Source: Felis catus
Lineage: Eukaryota
DNA: 64,000 bases
Assembly: GCF_018350175.1 (NCBI RefSeq)
Contig: NC_058368.1
Span: forward strand, 159,776,001-159,840,000
Direction: 5' to 3'
The stretch's first letter is position 1; every line of letters starts with the position of its first letter. Below are positions 26,261 to 38,909 of this stretch, piece after piece. Made by a program: the position numbers and the translations under genes. The notes under the pieces were generated by a model that made no database searches, was not told where the DNA came from, and saw only the letters and a program-made list of their open reading frames with translations.

Positions 26261-26526
26261 ACAAGAATATTCTTTATTTTAATGTTGTAATTGTTTAAAT
26301 TGTATTTTCTGAAAAGAACATTTTAAATCTGCACATAGTCTTCACTATGTTATTAATTCATCAAGTTAAATAATTTTAGACTTAAATTGTTCTATTTACA
26401 TCTACTACTCTTAAAAAGACAAGAAAATGATTGAATTTTTATTGGATTTAGTTTGCCTTTTTCCCAATCATTAAATGTGGAACAATTGTTTACAAGTGCT
26501 GTTGTAAATCTAAAAATGTCAATCTT

Positions 26527-26771
26527 GGGGCGCCTGGGTGGCTCAGTCGGTTAAGCGTCCGACTTCGGCTCAGGTCATGATCTCATGGTCCGTGAGTTCG
26601 AGCCCCGCGTCGGGCTCTGTGCTGACATCTCAGAGCCTGGAGCCTGCTTCAGATTCTGTGTCTCCCTCTCTCTCTGCCCCTCCCCCACTCATGCTCTGTC
26701 TCTCTCTGTCTCAGAAATAAATAAACATTAAAAAAAATTTTAATAAAAAAATAAAAATAAATTAATTAATT
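26527..26771 (+). mobile_element. Can-SINE (young, CpG-rich)
   Basis: TSD aaaatgtcaatctt at 26513-26526 and 26772-26785. Confidence 0.97.
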
Positions 26772-27949
26772 AAAATGTCAATCTTTATGATTGTCCCCTA
26801 TTATATTTAAAAAGTGAAGGCCCTTGGGAATGATGTATGTCCTTCTCCTATTCCCCCAAGCAACACTGAGAAGAAAAAAGTCCCAAATATATTTTTAAAA
26901 ATCTCACCAATACCCTCCCCCCCAATCTGAAGGATGTGGTCTAGCGAGGAGAAAGTGTGACAACACAGAGGATATACAATGTCCTTCTAGATTTGAAACC
27001 CTTTTCCCCACAATAGATCATAACACACCAGAAGCCAAAAGTACTCCCTAAATTACAATTTGGTTTTCTCTCACTTAAAATTAAGCAGGAAAGACTCATG
27101 TAGTGACTTACCAAAAATAATTGAACCCACTGCAAATGCTTAGCAAAACTGAATCTTAAAAGGGGAAAATCAAGAACACACTAAAAGGTTGATCAACTTG
27201 GTAAAAGAAAATTAGAAAGCCTGTGTGAAGATCACCTGCTTTTTGCAATTAAATAGCACCAGAATTACCTGGAAGACTTCTTACATTTTTACCTTTACTT
27301 TCAGCTCCACAGACAGTGGAAGCAAGGCAGAGAGGCAACTGGAAAGAGAGAGATGGATGAGAGCTGCCGGAAATGAGAGCTTAGCAGAACAGAATGTGAA
27401 ATCCAAGGACGTTTTCCAAGAGGTAGGGATAAAGATCTGATAACAATGACCTCTATGAGGTACACTGGGAAGTTCCCATAGCCCAGTACACTCCCCTGAC
27501 TCAGGACCCTCTGCTGTGTTTCTCTTGCCCCAACATTCAGCCCCATTGGACTGGGTCCTGAGAAAACTTAAGCCTGGCTATCTTCTTCATGTGCCCATTT
27601 GCCCTTTAGGAAGGCTCTTTGATGTTTGACTCTCACCAAATTACGGAGCACAGCTAACTGCTGGCCCCTCAATCCTTGCCTCACCAGCGGAGGAAACACA
27701 CCAGCCTGACTCCTGCCTTCAGTATTTTCTGAACAGGAGGTGAGCACAAGTCTCCTCATGTTGCAAACAGCTTTGATTTAATGGATGGTTCTTTTGTGTC
27801 CGCCTCCCCCCACTTGCCTTGAGGAAGTGGGAATGAACTACCCTCTCCTATCCTTTTCCTTCCCATGAGTGAGAGGGAAAAAAATGCCACAGTACTCCCC
27901 ACTCCTAAAAATTCTCTTTAAAGAACTCAGCTGATACATTTCTAGCCTT

Positions 27950-28190
27950 TTTTTTAAGTTTACTTCTATTTATTTTGAGAGAGAGAGAAGAGAGAGAGAG
28001 AAGAAAGAGAACTCACACTCATGAGAGTGGGGGAGGGGCAGAGAGAGAGGGAGAGAAGAGAATCCCACTGATAGTGCAGAGCCTGCCACAGGGCTTAATC
28101 TCACAGACCAAACTCATGAACCATGAGATCAGGACCTGAGCCAAAATCAATAGTCAGATGCTTAACCGACTGAACCACCCAACTTCTCCC
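27950..28190 (-). mobile_element. Can-SINE
   Basis: Antisense body; TSD ctagcc(c)ttttt. Confidence 0.92.
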
Positions 28191-28920
28191 CTAGCCCTTT
28201 TTAATATAGACTAGAGTTGAGTGATGTTCACAGATCTATATGATCGCATATTAAGTGTGTGCTGCAAAGATATATCTAGTCCATCGATTCAGATGAAGTA
28301 CTTATCATCCAATGGCCTCAACTTTGAGATTTAGCCAATGTTCTGAACTATTTACTTTACTATCCTATTTACTTTATGTTACATGGTACTTGAAATATTT
28401 TGTTTATAACATTTGTTTGTGGCCCCATATTTTGGCTTAGTCTAACATTTACTAAACCAGAATGCCTTGTTGTTCTTCAAAGATTGGAAAAAAATGATCT
28501 ACCTACATTTTAGTCTCACAGAGGGGCCATGATTTGATTCTTTTGGTTCAATGATTCACAGAAATGTCAAACAAGAAATTTTTTTATTAGTTAAAACAAC
28601 CAATTTTTGCTAAACTTTAATTTTAATGTCATGAAATTAGATATTTCCCCATAATTTCAGATTTTCTTTTAAAATATCAAAAGAGGTGAGATATGGTTAG
28701 GCCTATTAAATGTATCTTCTAAATGCTGTGGTTTTCTTTCAAAACCAAAGTGTCTACCCTTCTGTCTGGAACACAGTATGGATGCTCATATCCACAGACT
28801 TGCAGATAGCTTTGGAGGCAAAAAGTAAGAAGCGTATCATTGTAGGGAGAACTTGGATTCTAAGTTGTGTGACTTTTGGCAAGGCACTCAATTTCACTAG
28901 GCTACACTTTTTAAAATATA

Positions 28921-29170
28921 CAGTTGATGCCCCTCAAAACCCATGTTTCCCTCTTCTTTCTAGGTGCACAACTGAACTACATTTCCTAGCTTCCCTTACA
29001 ATTAAATGTGGCCATGTGGCTGAGTTGTAATCAATAAAATGTGAACAGAAGTGATGTGTGCCTTGAAGGTTTTATCCCATGAAAAGGTCCCAGATACACA
29101 CCTCTATGTTCTCTCTTCTGGCTGGCTAGAAAGGAGATGACCCTCAGGGAGACTATGACAGCCCTGCTTA
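28921..29170. mobile_element. MLT1-type MaLR LTR fragment
   Basis: actacatttcctagcttcccttac...tgtggccatgtggctgagtt...aatgtgaacagaagtgatgtgtgcc is an MLT1I/J-like signature. Confidence 0.75.
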
Positions 29171-29199
29171 TTGGACACAAACCTTTGTGCCTTCTCAGA

Positions 29200-29560
29200 A
29201 TGTCTGATTATCTCATTCTTTCCAAAGATAACAGTCACTGGCTGGACCACTCTGCAGCTGCCTTATACTGGTGCCATGGATAAGTTCTTCAAGCTAGCTG
29301 GAGCTCTGGGTGAATCTTCGTGCCTGCAGGGCCCTGTGGCCCAGTCATGCCCCTTATTGCTGTCACCCTCTCCACTTCTGCATGAAACACCACACTGAAT
29401 CTGCAGAGGCTGGCTTGCTAAACAGTCACTGCAGGCCAGACCACACAACCTAGAAGTGCTAAGGAATTAGAGCATGAAACTTGACCACTGAGAAACATGA
29501 AATAGGAAGACCAGCCTTGGGATGGAGAAATAGCTCCACATTTAGAGAAGCCCTTTCTGC
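29200..29560. mobile_element. ERVL LTR fragment (LTR16/LTR33-like)
   Basis: caacctagaagtgctaaggaatt...aaacttgaccactgagaaac resembles the LTR16/33 core. Confidence 0.45.
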
Positions 29561-31117
29561 TGAGTTTCTTTTCTTCTAGCATGTGTTGAAAAAAATGTCT
29601 AAGGGGGATTTTCCACTGTTCTCCCTCTCCCGAACCCAGCTGCCTTATTATGCCTTTTTTCTACTTATCCATTGTGTTTAATGTACTTCTTTACTTTTTT
29701 TATATATGTTTCTAGATGCCTGCCTTCTTATATGGTCTACTTCTATTCCAGAGTGGTGATATTCCAATCCATGTATATTTTAGAGAGGAGGCAAGTATTA
29801 TACATTATTTTTCATGAGTTAGCTCTTCCCCTATGCTTGAAGGGTCTGTTTGGTTAGCAGTAAAGTGATGGAGAATATATTTATCTTAATACTCAGACTA
29901 TTTGAAGTAGGAAGAGTGTGATGACAACTCTAGGTCAATAGCTTTAAAAACATGCACTCTAAATGAACAAAAACTTCCCCTGTTGTGAGAGGGGGATGAA
30001 TTTAGTAAAAAGAACAAGGACATAGATAACTGTGCTACTCATCTGAGTACTCATCTGAGTAGCAAAAGGAGTGCCTGAACTCCCCAAAAGTACTCGAAGC
30101 AGATTTTATTCCTCACAGGTGTTATGTGTATCCTTTGCTTTCTTCCTGGGCCCTCCTTACACCAAGCTTCTAATTTTGTTTTGTGCCCAAATTTAGCAAC
30201 CATCTCCACTTACTAACCATATCATTAACTTGTTTATGTTTCAAGCTCTCACCATAATATGTGAATAGTATTTACTTCTATAGGTTGTTGGGAGGATAAG
30301 ATATGATAATGTGCTTAGAATGTTCTAATATACGACCTGTCACATGGTAAATACTCAATATAGTATGTTGGGTCTGTCCCTTTCTATGATCTTCATCTCT
30401 GTAGACAGATGAAACCATGAGTCCATGCTGAGCATGATCAGGAAATATAGATCATATCTGACTGTAAGTAAGAAAGTTAAACTATTCTTGCCATTTGTGT
30501 GTGAGGGTCCAGAGGGAGGAGAGTTACCTATTATATGAGTAAATAGACTGCTTACAAACATCTGCTTTGATAAGGCCAGTGCTTCTCCTAGAAAATCAAA
30601 TCCTGCATTAATGGGTTTGCCTTCTTTCTAGGTCACACAGGAAAGTATAGAATCTGGCCTGAAAGTTTCTCTATTCCTTTAAATCATTGCAAATTTCTGC
30701 ATTTATCTTTCAAAGACAAAACAAAGCATTAAAAGAAGTCAGGCAAGTAGAAAAGAAACTGTACCACAGGATGCTTTCTGTTCATTGACGACTGAATGGA
30801 GATTTAAATAAAACAGGGAGGTAGACAACTTAGTTAAATGATATGAGTGTGATTAATGTTTTAAGCAATTTCTAACCAAGTCAGAGCGTGTATTTTTACT
30901 ATTTGTTAACAGACCCTAGAGCCCTTGGTCCAGTTAGTTTTGATAGGCTCCAACCGGAATCCTTAAAAATAAACAAAACCTCACTTCCTGAACTAGAAAC
31001 AAAGGAGTTAGGCAAATAATAAAGTAAAGGAATTAATCATTGTTGCTGTGTATATTTTATATCAATTTCTATTTCTGACTAAGCTCATTTCTCATAGATA
31101 TGTCACCTAGAGTCTCC

Positions 31118-31169
31118 AAATATATATATATAAATATTTATAAATATATATATATATATAAATATATAA

Positions 31170-31201
<32 letters not shown>
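31118..31201. repeat. (TA)n tract
   Basis: Direct reading. Confidence 0.95.
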
Positions 31202-31206
<5 letters not shown>

Positions 31207-32234
31207 TCCATCTGTAAAATGGGATCATACCGCCATATTACTGTGGGATCCTGTCTCCCAACAGGCAGAAAAATCCTAAAGCAATTAGTATCTAACCTCT
31301 TCACATAGCTAATGCCGTTCATTGGTCACCTATTCTGGTATCTAGTAATCCAAATAGTGGTAAATAAATAAAAAGACAAATAAGGTTTGGGTTTTTTTTA
31401 AATCTATATATTGTGTCCATTTTAGTTCAGGCAATATCAACAAACACTTATTGCTTACATTTCTTACCATGTGCAGACAAAAATATTAGGTGCCACATTT
31501 AGTTTATTCAGGTTAAGCATGGTGCTGGTGGGACCGCATTTGTAAAATCAAGCTTCAAATGATCCATTTAATATAAATCTATTATCTGGGCACAGAGTAT
31601 TTACCGAACCCTGGCACTACAAAATTAAAGTTATCCTTTTCTTGCAGAACAGGAAAACCAAGGAAGATATTATGGCTCCATTAGACGAAAGAATGAAGGC
31701 ATGAACCTACAAAAGGTGAGCTAGTACCCCTTTAGGGAAAGACACAAATCATCTACTGACTACCATACCATCAAGTTTTCCCCCTGCACACATCTGATAG
31801 AGAAATTCTGATCACTAATTAGGTACCTATAAGTCTGAGCTTTGTAAAGCTTTTATTCAGATTAAAATTTTTTTGACTAACTGCCACATTCTGATAGTGG
31901 TACATGTAGCAGGATCTAGGAGTTTCATTTCTAACCCTATTCACTTGTCTTACTCTTATGATGACACCATTTAAACAGAGGCTTTATTATATCCTTCCTT
32001 ACAGCTTACCCTCATGAACACCACATATAAATAGTTTTAATAAAGTATTTCCTGTTGCTGTAAATAATTTTCATATTGGATGAATCTTGGCTGCCCAAGA
32101 GTAACAAACGGGAAGAAGAGAAAGAAGTACCAGAATGGTTGATAGACCCTGGTTGCCAAAGTTTAAAAATAGGATTCTTTCTCTGAGGTCAGATACCCAA
32201 TACTATATTTTTTATCACTAATGTCTTTAAAATG

Positions 32235-32292
32235 TTTTTTTTAATGTTTATTTATTTTTGAGTGAGAGAGTGCACGTGCACAGAGAAGGGTC

Positions 32293-32325
<33 letters not shown>

Positions 32326-32481
32326 CAGAGACAGAGACAGAGAGACAGAGACAGAGAATCCCAAGCAAGTCTCCTCCATGCTGTAAGCTCTTAGTGCAGA
32401 GCCTTATGCTAGGCTCGAACTCGTGACCTGATCCTAAATCAAGAGTTGGAGTCTTAACGGACTGAGCCACCCAGGAGGCTC
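32235..32481 (-). mobile_element. Can-SINE with expanded (GAGACA)n
   Basis: Antisense head actgagccacccagg; poly-T tail. Confidence 0.9.
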
Positions 32482-33058
32482 AGTAAGTTGTTTTTGTTTT
32501 TTGTTTTTATCTGAATGTTATATTTTTGATTTAGTCAATGTGGTTTGAATTGTGGAGTTAAATACCTGTTTGACTTACTTTGACATTGAGGATGTCAGAG
32601 AGGAATCTTTAATAATTGCAAATTTTTATACATTCTGTTAGTAATGGCTGTGGTTTCATAAATGTTTCTAAGTGTTCAAATTTAAAAAGCCATTAGGACT
32701 TTGGAAATATAGAATAAAACTAATTTTAATGTATCAAATTACCTTCAAATTTTTCTACAGTTTTTACTCAGTTAGAAAGAACTCCTAAGTCTGTAAACTT
32801 TTGGGTTTTAAATTTTTAGGAATTTATTTCATTAATTTTCTGGAGGAAATGCACATGTTATATGAAAGCAGAACCTCTAAAAGAAGCAGAGTTGCTGAAC
32901 TCGTCCTATTTTCTCTAACCGGGTTTTAAATAGGAGTACATAATTAAAGATCATGTTCTATTTTTTTCTGTTCATTTGGAATATGAGAAACAGAACTGAA
33001 GATTTTCCTGTGGCTGCCAAGTCCTAAGCACATATTGACACCTGTCAAAATAAAAATG

Positions 33059-33678
33059 CAGGCAATCTTCATTATTTAGGGACTCTGTACTTGGTAATTT
33101 GAGTACTCACCAAAAGTTATTTGTAACCCCAAAATCAATACTTGCTGTGCTGTTGAGGTCACTCACAGACATGTACAGAGCAGAAAAAAAAAAAAGAGTC
33201 ATCCAATGGCCACATTCCTAGCTGAAGTTGAACAAGATGACCCTCTGCCTTCTTGTTTCAGGTTCTGTCCTATAAACAAGTGTTCTTTCTGTGGTCTGTT
33301 TTAGTGTCACGTGTTTCTCACATTGCTGTGCTTTCTGTTGGTCATTCCGCTGTTTAAAATAGCCCCCAAGCAAAGTAATACAGTTCTGTCTAGTGTTCCT
33401 AAGCACAGGAAAGCTTGATGTGCTTCACACAAAAAGTCTATGTGTGAGAGAAACTTCTTTCAGGAGTCCCTTAGGGAGCTGGTGGCCATGAATTCAATGT
33501 TAATGTGTCAAGTCTATGTTAAATAAGGTGTCTGTAAATGGAAACACACCTAAACGAAGGTTATGTATTGATCAGTCATAACATTGATCAACTCTGTTTT
33601 CCCTAAGTTCAGTATTCATTAATTCAGTGTTTGTGGCAACTTTAGAGAACACCTCTATCATAAATGAGAATCTTCTAT
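33059..33678. mobile_element. MER82 (TcMar-Tigger non-autonomous DNA transposon), near full length
   Basis: atttgtaaccccaaaatcaatact, ctctgccttcttgtttcag, gctgtttaaaatagcccccaagc and aaggttatgtattgatc are collinear with the recalled MER82; degenerate TIRs. Confidence 0.85.
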
Positions 33679-34011
33679 ACGTACTTATGGTCAGAATTAG
33701 TGTAGGAATGATCAGATGATGGGTATGAGATGCCTTCAGTTGATCTTTAACCTCCCCCACTCAACCAAGAGTTCTTCTGCTCGCTTTGCCTTCCAACCAT
33801 TCCTCATTTTTGTGATCACTTGTTAACTTGGGATCTCCTAATTAAAATCTGAAACCCTTCTTGGGATTCTATAAATACCGAAACATAGATTTAAATAAAT
33901 ATAAATTCTTGTTCACTTCTGGGGCTCATTCCACTGGTTCTGAAGATTTCATTCAGTCTATGGACTGCCTCAGCAGATTTCCATTAAAAATTATAAACAC
34001 ATAAAAATCTT

Positions 34012-34202
34012 GGGCACCTGGGTGGCTCAGTCCACTAAGCATCTGACTCTTGATTTCAGCTTAGGTCATGAACCCAGGGTCATGGCATGGAGCCCCACAT
34101 ACGGCTCCATGCTGATACTGTGGTGCCTGCTTAGGATTCTCTTTCCTTCTCTCCTGTACCTTACCTACACTCTCGGCGGGGGGGGGGGGGGGGGGGGGGG
34201 GA

Positions 34203-34244
<42 letters not shown>

Positions 34245-34343
34245 GTGTATGTATATATATATTCTCCTTCTCTCTCTTTCCTTCTGCCCCTCTCCCTCAC
34301 TCATGTGCTCTCTCTCTTTCTAAAAATAAAAATTGAAAAAAAT
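34012..34343 (+). mobile_element. Can-SINE with an internal G-run/(CA)n insertion
   Basis: gggcacctgggtggctcag head; CT tract split by 34154-34264; A-tail. Confidence 0.9.
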
Positions 34344-36462
34344 ATCTCATATAAGCCATTGATGAGGTTAGTGATACCACCTGAAATTTGGGGGCTGTGA
34401 AATAGGACAGGATCATAGTTCAGGAAAACAAGCAACTTTACAGTAAGCAATATGCATTCTTTTCTTGAGATGTCCTTTAGCCACACCACCATTGAAGGAC
34501 TTTCAGTGCTTAGTCCTCCTCCATCAGGCCTCAGTGTCACAACACCATATTCCATACCCATTTCCTTTCAGGAGCAAAAAAATGAATTTTATTTTTTCCT
34601 AAAGAGAAGTTTACTGCCCTATTATTTTGTCCTGGAGCAATATGATTAGTTATACCTTAAGAGTTTCATCATCTGTACCAATTGCCTATCAAAGTCTTTT
34701 TTCTGAATCAAAATTAAAAGGTTTCTCCCTAATAGGAAGTCTATTGCCAGCTTGTTGAATATGAGACTTTTCAATACCACAGAGCTAGTACACAGTGGAG
34801 CCAGGATTGTAGGCCACACACTTAGACTTCACGGTCTGTTATCTTAACCCCCAAATTATAATGTGTTCTCTTCACAAATACTATCCCTTCCTCCCCTTAG
34901 TATCCTACCTTACATATAAATACTCACTAATTCCATCTTCTTCGCCTTAATTCTAAAATCAGGAGGCCTGGCTACATACAAGTAAGACTGCATCATCTAG
35001 ATTACACAAAACAATGGAAAGGAAAATTTAATGTATTTTCTGATAGACACAGAAAGGAGCGAGCAAAAGAATATAGAGAGGCATTGCTGTATGTAGTAGA
35101 CAGGATAGAAAAACTTGTCTTCATGGACAACTTGCATAGTGGGAGCATGCTTTATGCACACCATCTACTCAAAACAAGCAAGTGGGTGGAATACTAAGAG
35201 AAACCAAATAAGATGCACTCAGATTCGTATAAAAGATAATATCCATACTGTCCAAAGAGTAGGTAGGGGCCAAAGTGTCAAGTGTGCCGCCACCTAGGTC
35301 AGTAGGGAGCCATTGACCAGTGGGATTTTGACTCCTGGGGAGGAAGGGATGCTGCAAGTGTTTCATGCAAGACAGGAACAGTAGCGTCACTGCTGAAAAT
35401 CTGGGCCTTACGTGAGTTCTCTCACATGGTCAATAGTACAGGGAGATAGAGAAAACAAAAAACAAACAAAAGCATTCAAAATAAGCCTGCAAATTCTAAA
35501 GAGAGAGAGAGAGAGAGAAGCTGAAAAAAAAAAAAACCTTTTGAGGAAAAGATTAACCTGGAGGTGGAATTTATTTTATAGAGCATAAAAATTAGCTTGA
35601 AATAATGTATGGAAGATTTCAAAAAGAAATGTAGGTACAATATCCATTGAGAAATAATATGACATCGTGAAACCAATATAGGCAGAAAGGATATAAGAAC
35701 AAGTTGATATTAAAATGATAATGTAGGTGTGTAAGCTCCTACCACACCTTACTCTCTTGCAGATAACAACTATAAACTCTGAACAAAATACAAAAAGCAA
35801 CAACCTGAAGGCACCAAAGAGAGAACCAAAGCAAGGTTTGAGATCCCATTTTTTACAGCTTTTAGCCTGAAAGCAAGTAAAAGTTGATGCTATACAATGT
35901 GGTTAAGATTCCAGTAGGAAAAACCACAATCTTTTTCACCTGAAGAACCAGAGTACAGAGTTCAAATGAATCACAAACAATGGAAAGTCGGGAGAAGGAT
36001 AATTCTTTGGGAAAAACAAAACAAAACAAAATAAAACAAAACCACAGACAAGGAAATCCCCAAATTTTGATATAGACTCTGTACAAATTTCTAATTCCCT
36101 AAACATGCATGCAATGCACAGACTCCACTAAAGATTAAAGAACCCAAATAAGATTTGAGCTGTTTGCCAATGCTCAGTTTGTATTTTGAATCCAACCAAA
36201 GTAATGTCTGCTAAAATACAAAAGACAACACTCTTTGGAGGAATATAACAGAGTTTCCACAACGTAACATTTCACAATATCTAGGATAAAATCCAAAATT
36301 ACCAGGAAATATGATCCATTTTCAAGAGAAAACTATAATAAGCAGTGACCAATCCTTGGCGATCATAAATTGGAAGTAGCAGGCAGGACTTTAAAGCACC
36401 TATTATAACTATGCTCAAGTACATAAAGGAAAATATGTACACAATAAATAAATTTCAGCAGA

Positions 36463-36740
36463 GAGCATCTGGGTGGCTCCATCATTAAGCATCTGACTTC
36501 AGCTCAGGTCGAGATCTCATGGTTCCCGAGTTTGAGACCCATATTGGGTGAGTTTGAGCCCTGCTTCTGGGAAATACGAGCCCCGCTTTGGGTAAGCCCT
36601 GCTTCTCTCTCTCTCTCTCTCTCTCTCTCCCCCTCTCTCTCTCTCTCTCTGCCCCTCCAGGGATTCTCTCTCTCTCTCTGCCCCTTGCTCACTTGTGTCC
36701 TCTCTCTATCTCTCAAAACAAAAATAAATAAAAATAAATA
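36463..36740 (+). mobile_element. Can-SINE variant with internal gagccc-gcttc repeats (SINEC_Fc3-like)
   Basis: Head, repeated units and (CT)n; degenerate TSD aataaatttcRgMagaga. Confidence 0.88.
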
Positions 36741-37809
36741 AATAAATTTCGGAAGAGAAATGTATTAAAAGATGATGGAAATTCTAGAACTGAAAAATAT
36801 AATATCTAAAATTATTAAAAATATATTTGGATGGATTTAATAGCAGAAGGAAGATGGCAGAAGCAAGTTAATGAACTTTAAGTTAGGTCAACAGAAATAA
36901 TTCAACCTGAAGAACAGAAAATACAAAATCGAAAAAAAAAAAAAAAGAACTTGAGGGACCTTTTAGACAATACGAAAAGGCCTAACAGACATACACAGAA
37001 GGGGAGTCACAGAAACACACAACAAAAGGAAACAGAAAAAAATATTTGAATAAAAATTACTGAAAATTTCCCAAGTTTGATAAAAATTTCACATTAAAGA
37101 TTCAGAAATCTCAAAGATCCCCAAGCAGGGCTACTATGAAGAAAAGTATATATGAGTACATGATAGTCAAACCACAGAAAACCAAAGACGACAGGTAAAT
37201 CTTGAAAGCAGCTAGAGAAAAATGATACATATGCATAGGGCAACAACATTTAGAGCTACCGTTACCTTATTAAGGCTTCTGGCAGCCGGAAAGAGTGGAA
37301 CATCTTTAAAAAGCTGGGGAGAAAACATAACTCTCAACTCAGTATACCACATCCAGTGAAAATATCCCCATATATGAAGCAAAATAAGGACATTTTTACA
37401 TAAAAGAAACGAAAACAAAAAATATATATTGCCAGCAGGCCTGTACTACAAGAAGTACTAAAAGAAGTTCCTCAGACCGAAGAGAAATGATAGCAGATAG
37501 AAACGTAAATCTTCAGGTAAGAATGAAGAATACAAGAAATGGTAAATATCTGGGTAAATATAAGATAAGTATTTCTTTTTAATTTCTTTAAAACACAGGG
37601 TTATGTAAAGCCAAAATTACAGCATAGTCTTGTGGGTTTGAAAAGTATAATGAAATATATATGACAACTGTAGCATAAACAACAGGGGTAAATAGGCCTA
37701 TAGCATTGAAAGCTTTCTTTATTTCATGCGAAGTGGTATAATATTAACTCTGAGGAAACTGAAAAATTAAGAATGTAATAATAGAGCACCTATTAAAAGA
37801 AGCAGTGCA

Positions 37810-38061
37810 GATGTGTGGGTGGCTCAGTCATTTAAGCATCTGAGTTCAGCTCAGGTCATGATCTCACAGTTCCTGAGTCCAAGTCCCTCATCCAGTGAGC
37901 ATGAGCCCTGCTTCGGGTAAAACATGACCCCGGAGTGAGCCCTGCTTCTCTCTCTCTCTCTCCTTCTCTCCCTCTCTCTCTGCCCCTCATGAGATTCTCT
38001 TTCTCTCTCTTTGTCCTTCACTCACATACTTAATCTCTTTCTCTCTCTCTCTCTCAAAAAA
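37810..38061 (+). mobile_element. Can-SINE variant (SINEC_Fc3-like)
   Basis: TSD aaaagaagcaRtgca at 37795-37809 and 38062-38076. Confidence 0.9.
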
Positions 38062-38351
38062 AAAAGAAGCAATGCAAAGTTATAAATGTAAAAAATAGAT
38101 CAATTAAGATGGAATTCTAAAATATTCAAATGATCCCATATAAGGTGATAAAGGAGGGACAGAAACAAACAAAAAAGCAGAAGGAACCAACAAAAAAATA
38201 ATAAAATGGTACACCTACATCTACCATAACAATACTTTCATTAATTATTAATATATTAAACCCTCCAATTAAAAGGCAGAGATTTTTAGAATGGATTAAA
38301 AAACAATATGCAATCTAAAGAGATGTATGTTATGCTAAAAAATGAAGATGA

Positions 38352-38569
38352 GGGGCGCCTGGGTGGCACAGTCGGTTAAGCGTCCGACTTCAGCCAGGTC
38401 ACGATCTTGCGGTCTGTGAGTTCAGCCCTGGGTCGGGCTCTGGGCTGATGGCTCAGAGCCTGGAGCCTGTTTCTGATTCTGTGTCTCCCTCTCTCTCTGC
38501 CCTTCCCCCGTTCATGCTCTGTCTCTCTCTGTCCCAAAAATAAATAAACGTTGAAAAAAAAATTAAAAA
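38352..38569 (+). mobile_element. Young felid Can-SINE
   Basis: TSD aaaaaatgaagatga at 38337-38351 and 38570-38584. Confidence 0.96.
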
Positions 38570-38909
38570 AAAAAATGAAGATGAAAAGTAAGATGTAAAC
38601 ACGTAAAATGAAAGTAAATGAATGGAAAAGGATGTACCATGCAAACAGTACACCCAAGAAAGCTGAAGGGTTTATATTATCAGATAAAAGAAAAAACAAG
38701 AAAAAGACTCCTACAAGAGCTAAAGAGGAAAGTAAATTTCATGATGATAAAAGGTTGAATTCATCATAAAGACACAATAACAGTCCTTCAAAATATATAA
38801 AGCAAAAATTGACAGAATGGAAAAGAGAAATAGAAAAGTGCACCGTCTTAGTTGGAGATTTTAATACCTCTCTTAGTAATTGATATACCAATTAGACAAA
38901 AAAACTAAG

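Larger units (their letters stand above)
35700..38905 (+). mobile_element. Ancient L1M element (5' UTR, ORF1, spacer, start of ORF2), decayed and split by three SINEs
   Basis: ORF1-like gactttaaagcacctattataactatgctc; ORF1 end actacaagaagtactaaaagaagttcctcag; endonuclease start ccaattaaaaggcagagat...gaatggattaaaaaacaa; gttggagattttaatacc (VGDFN). Confidence 0.8.
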
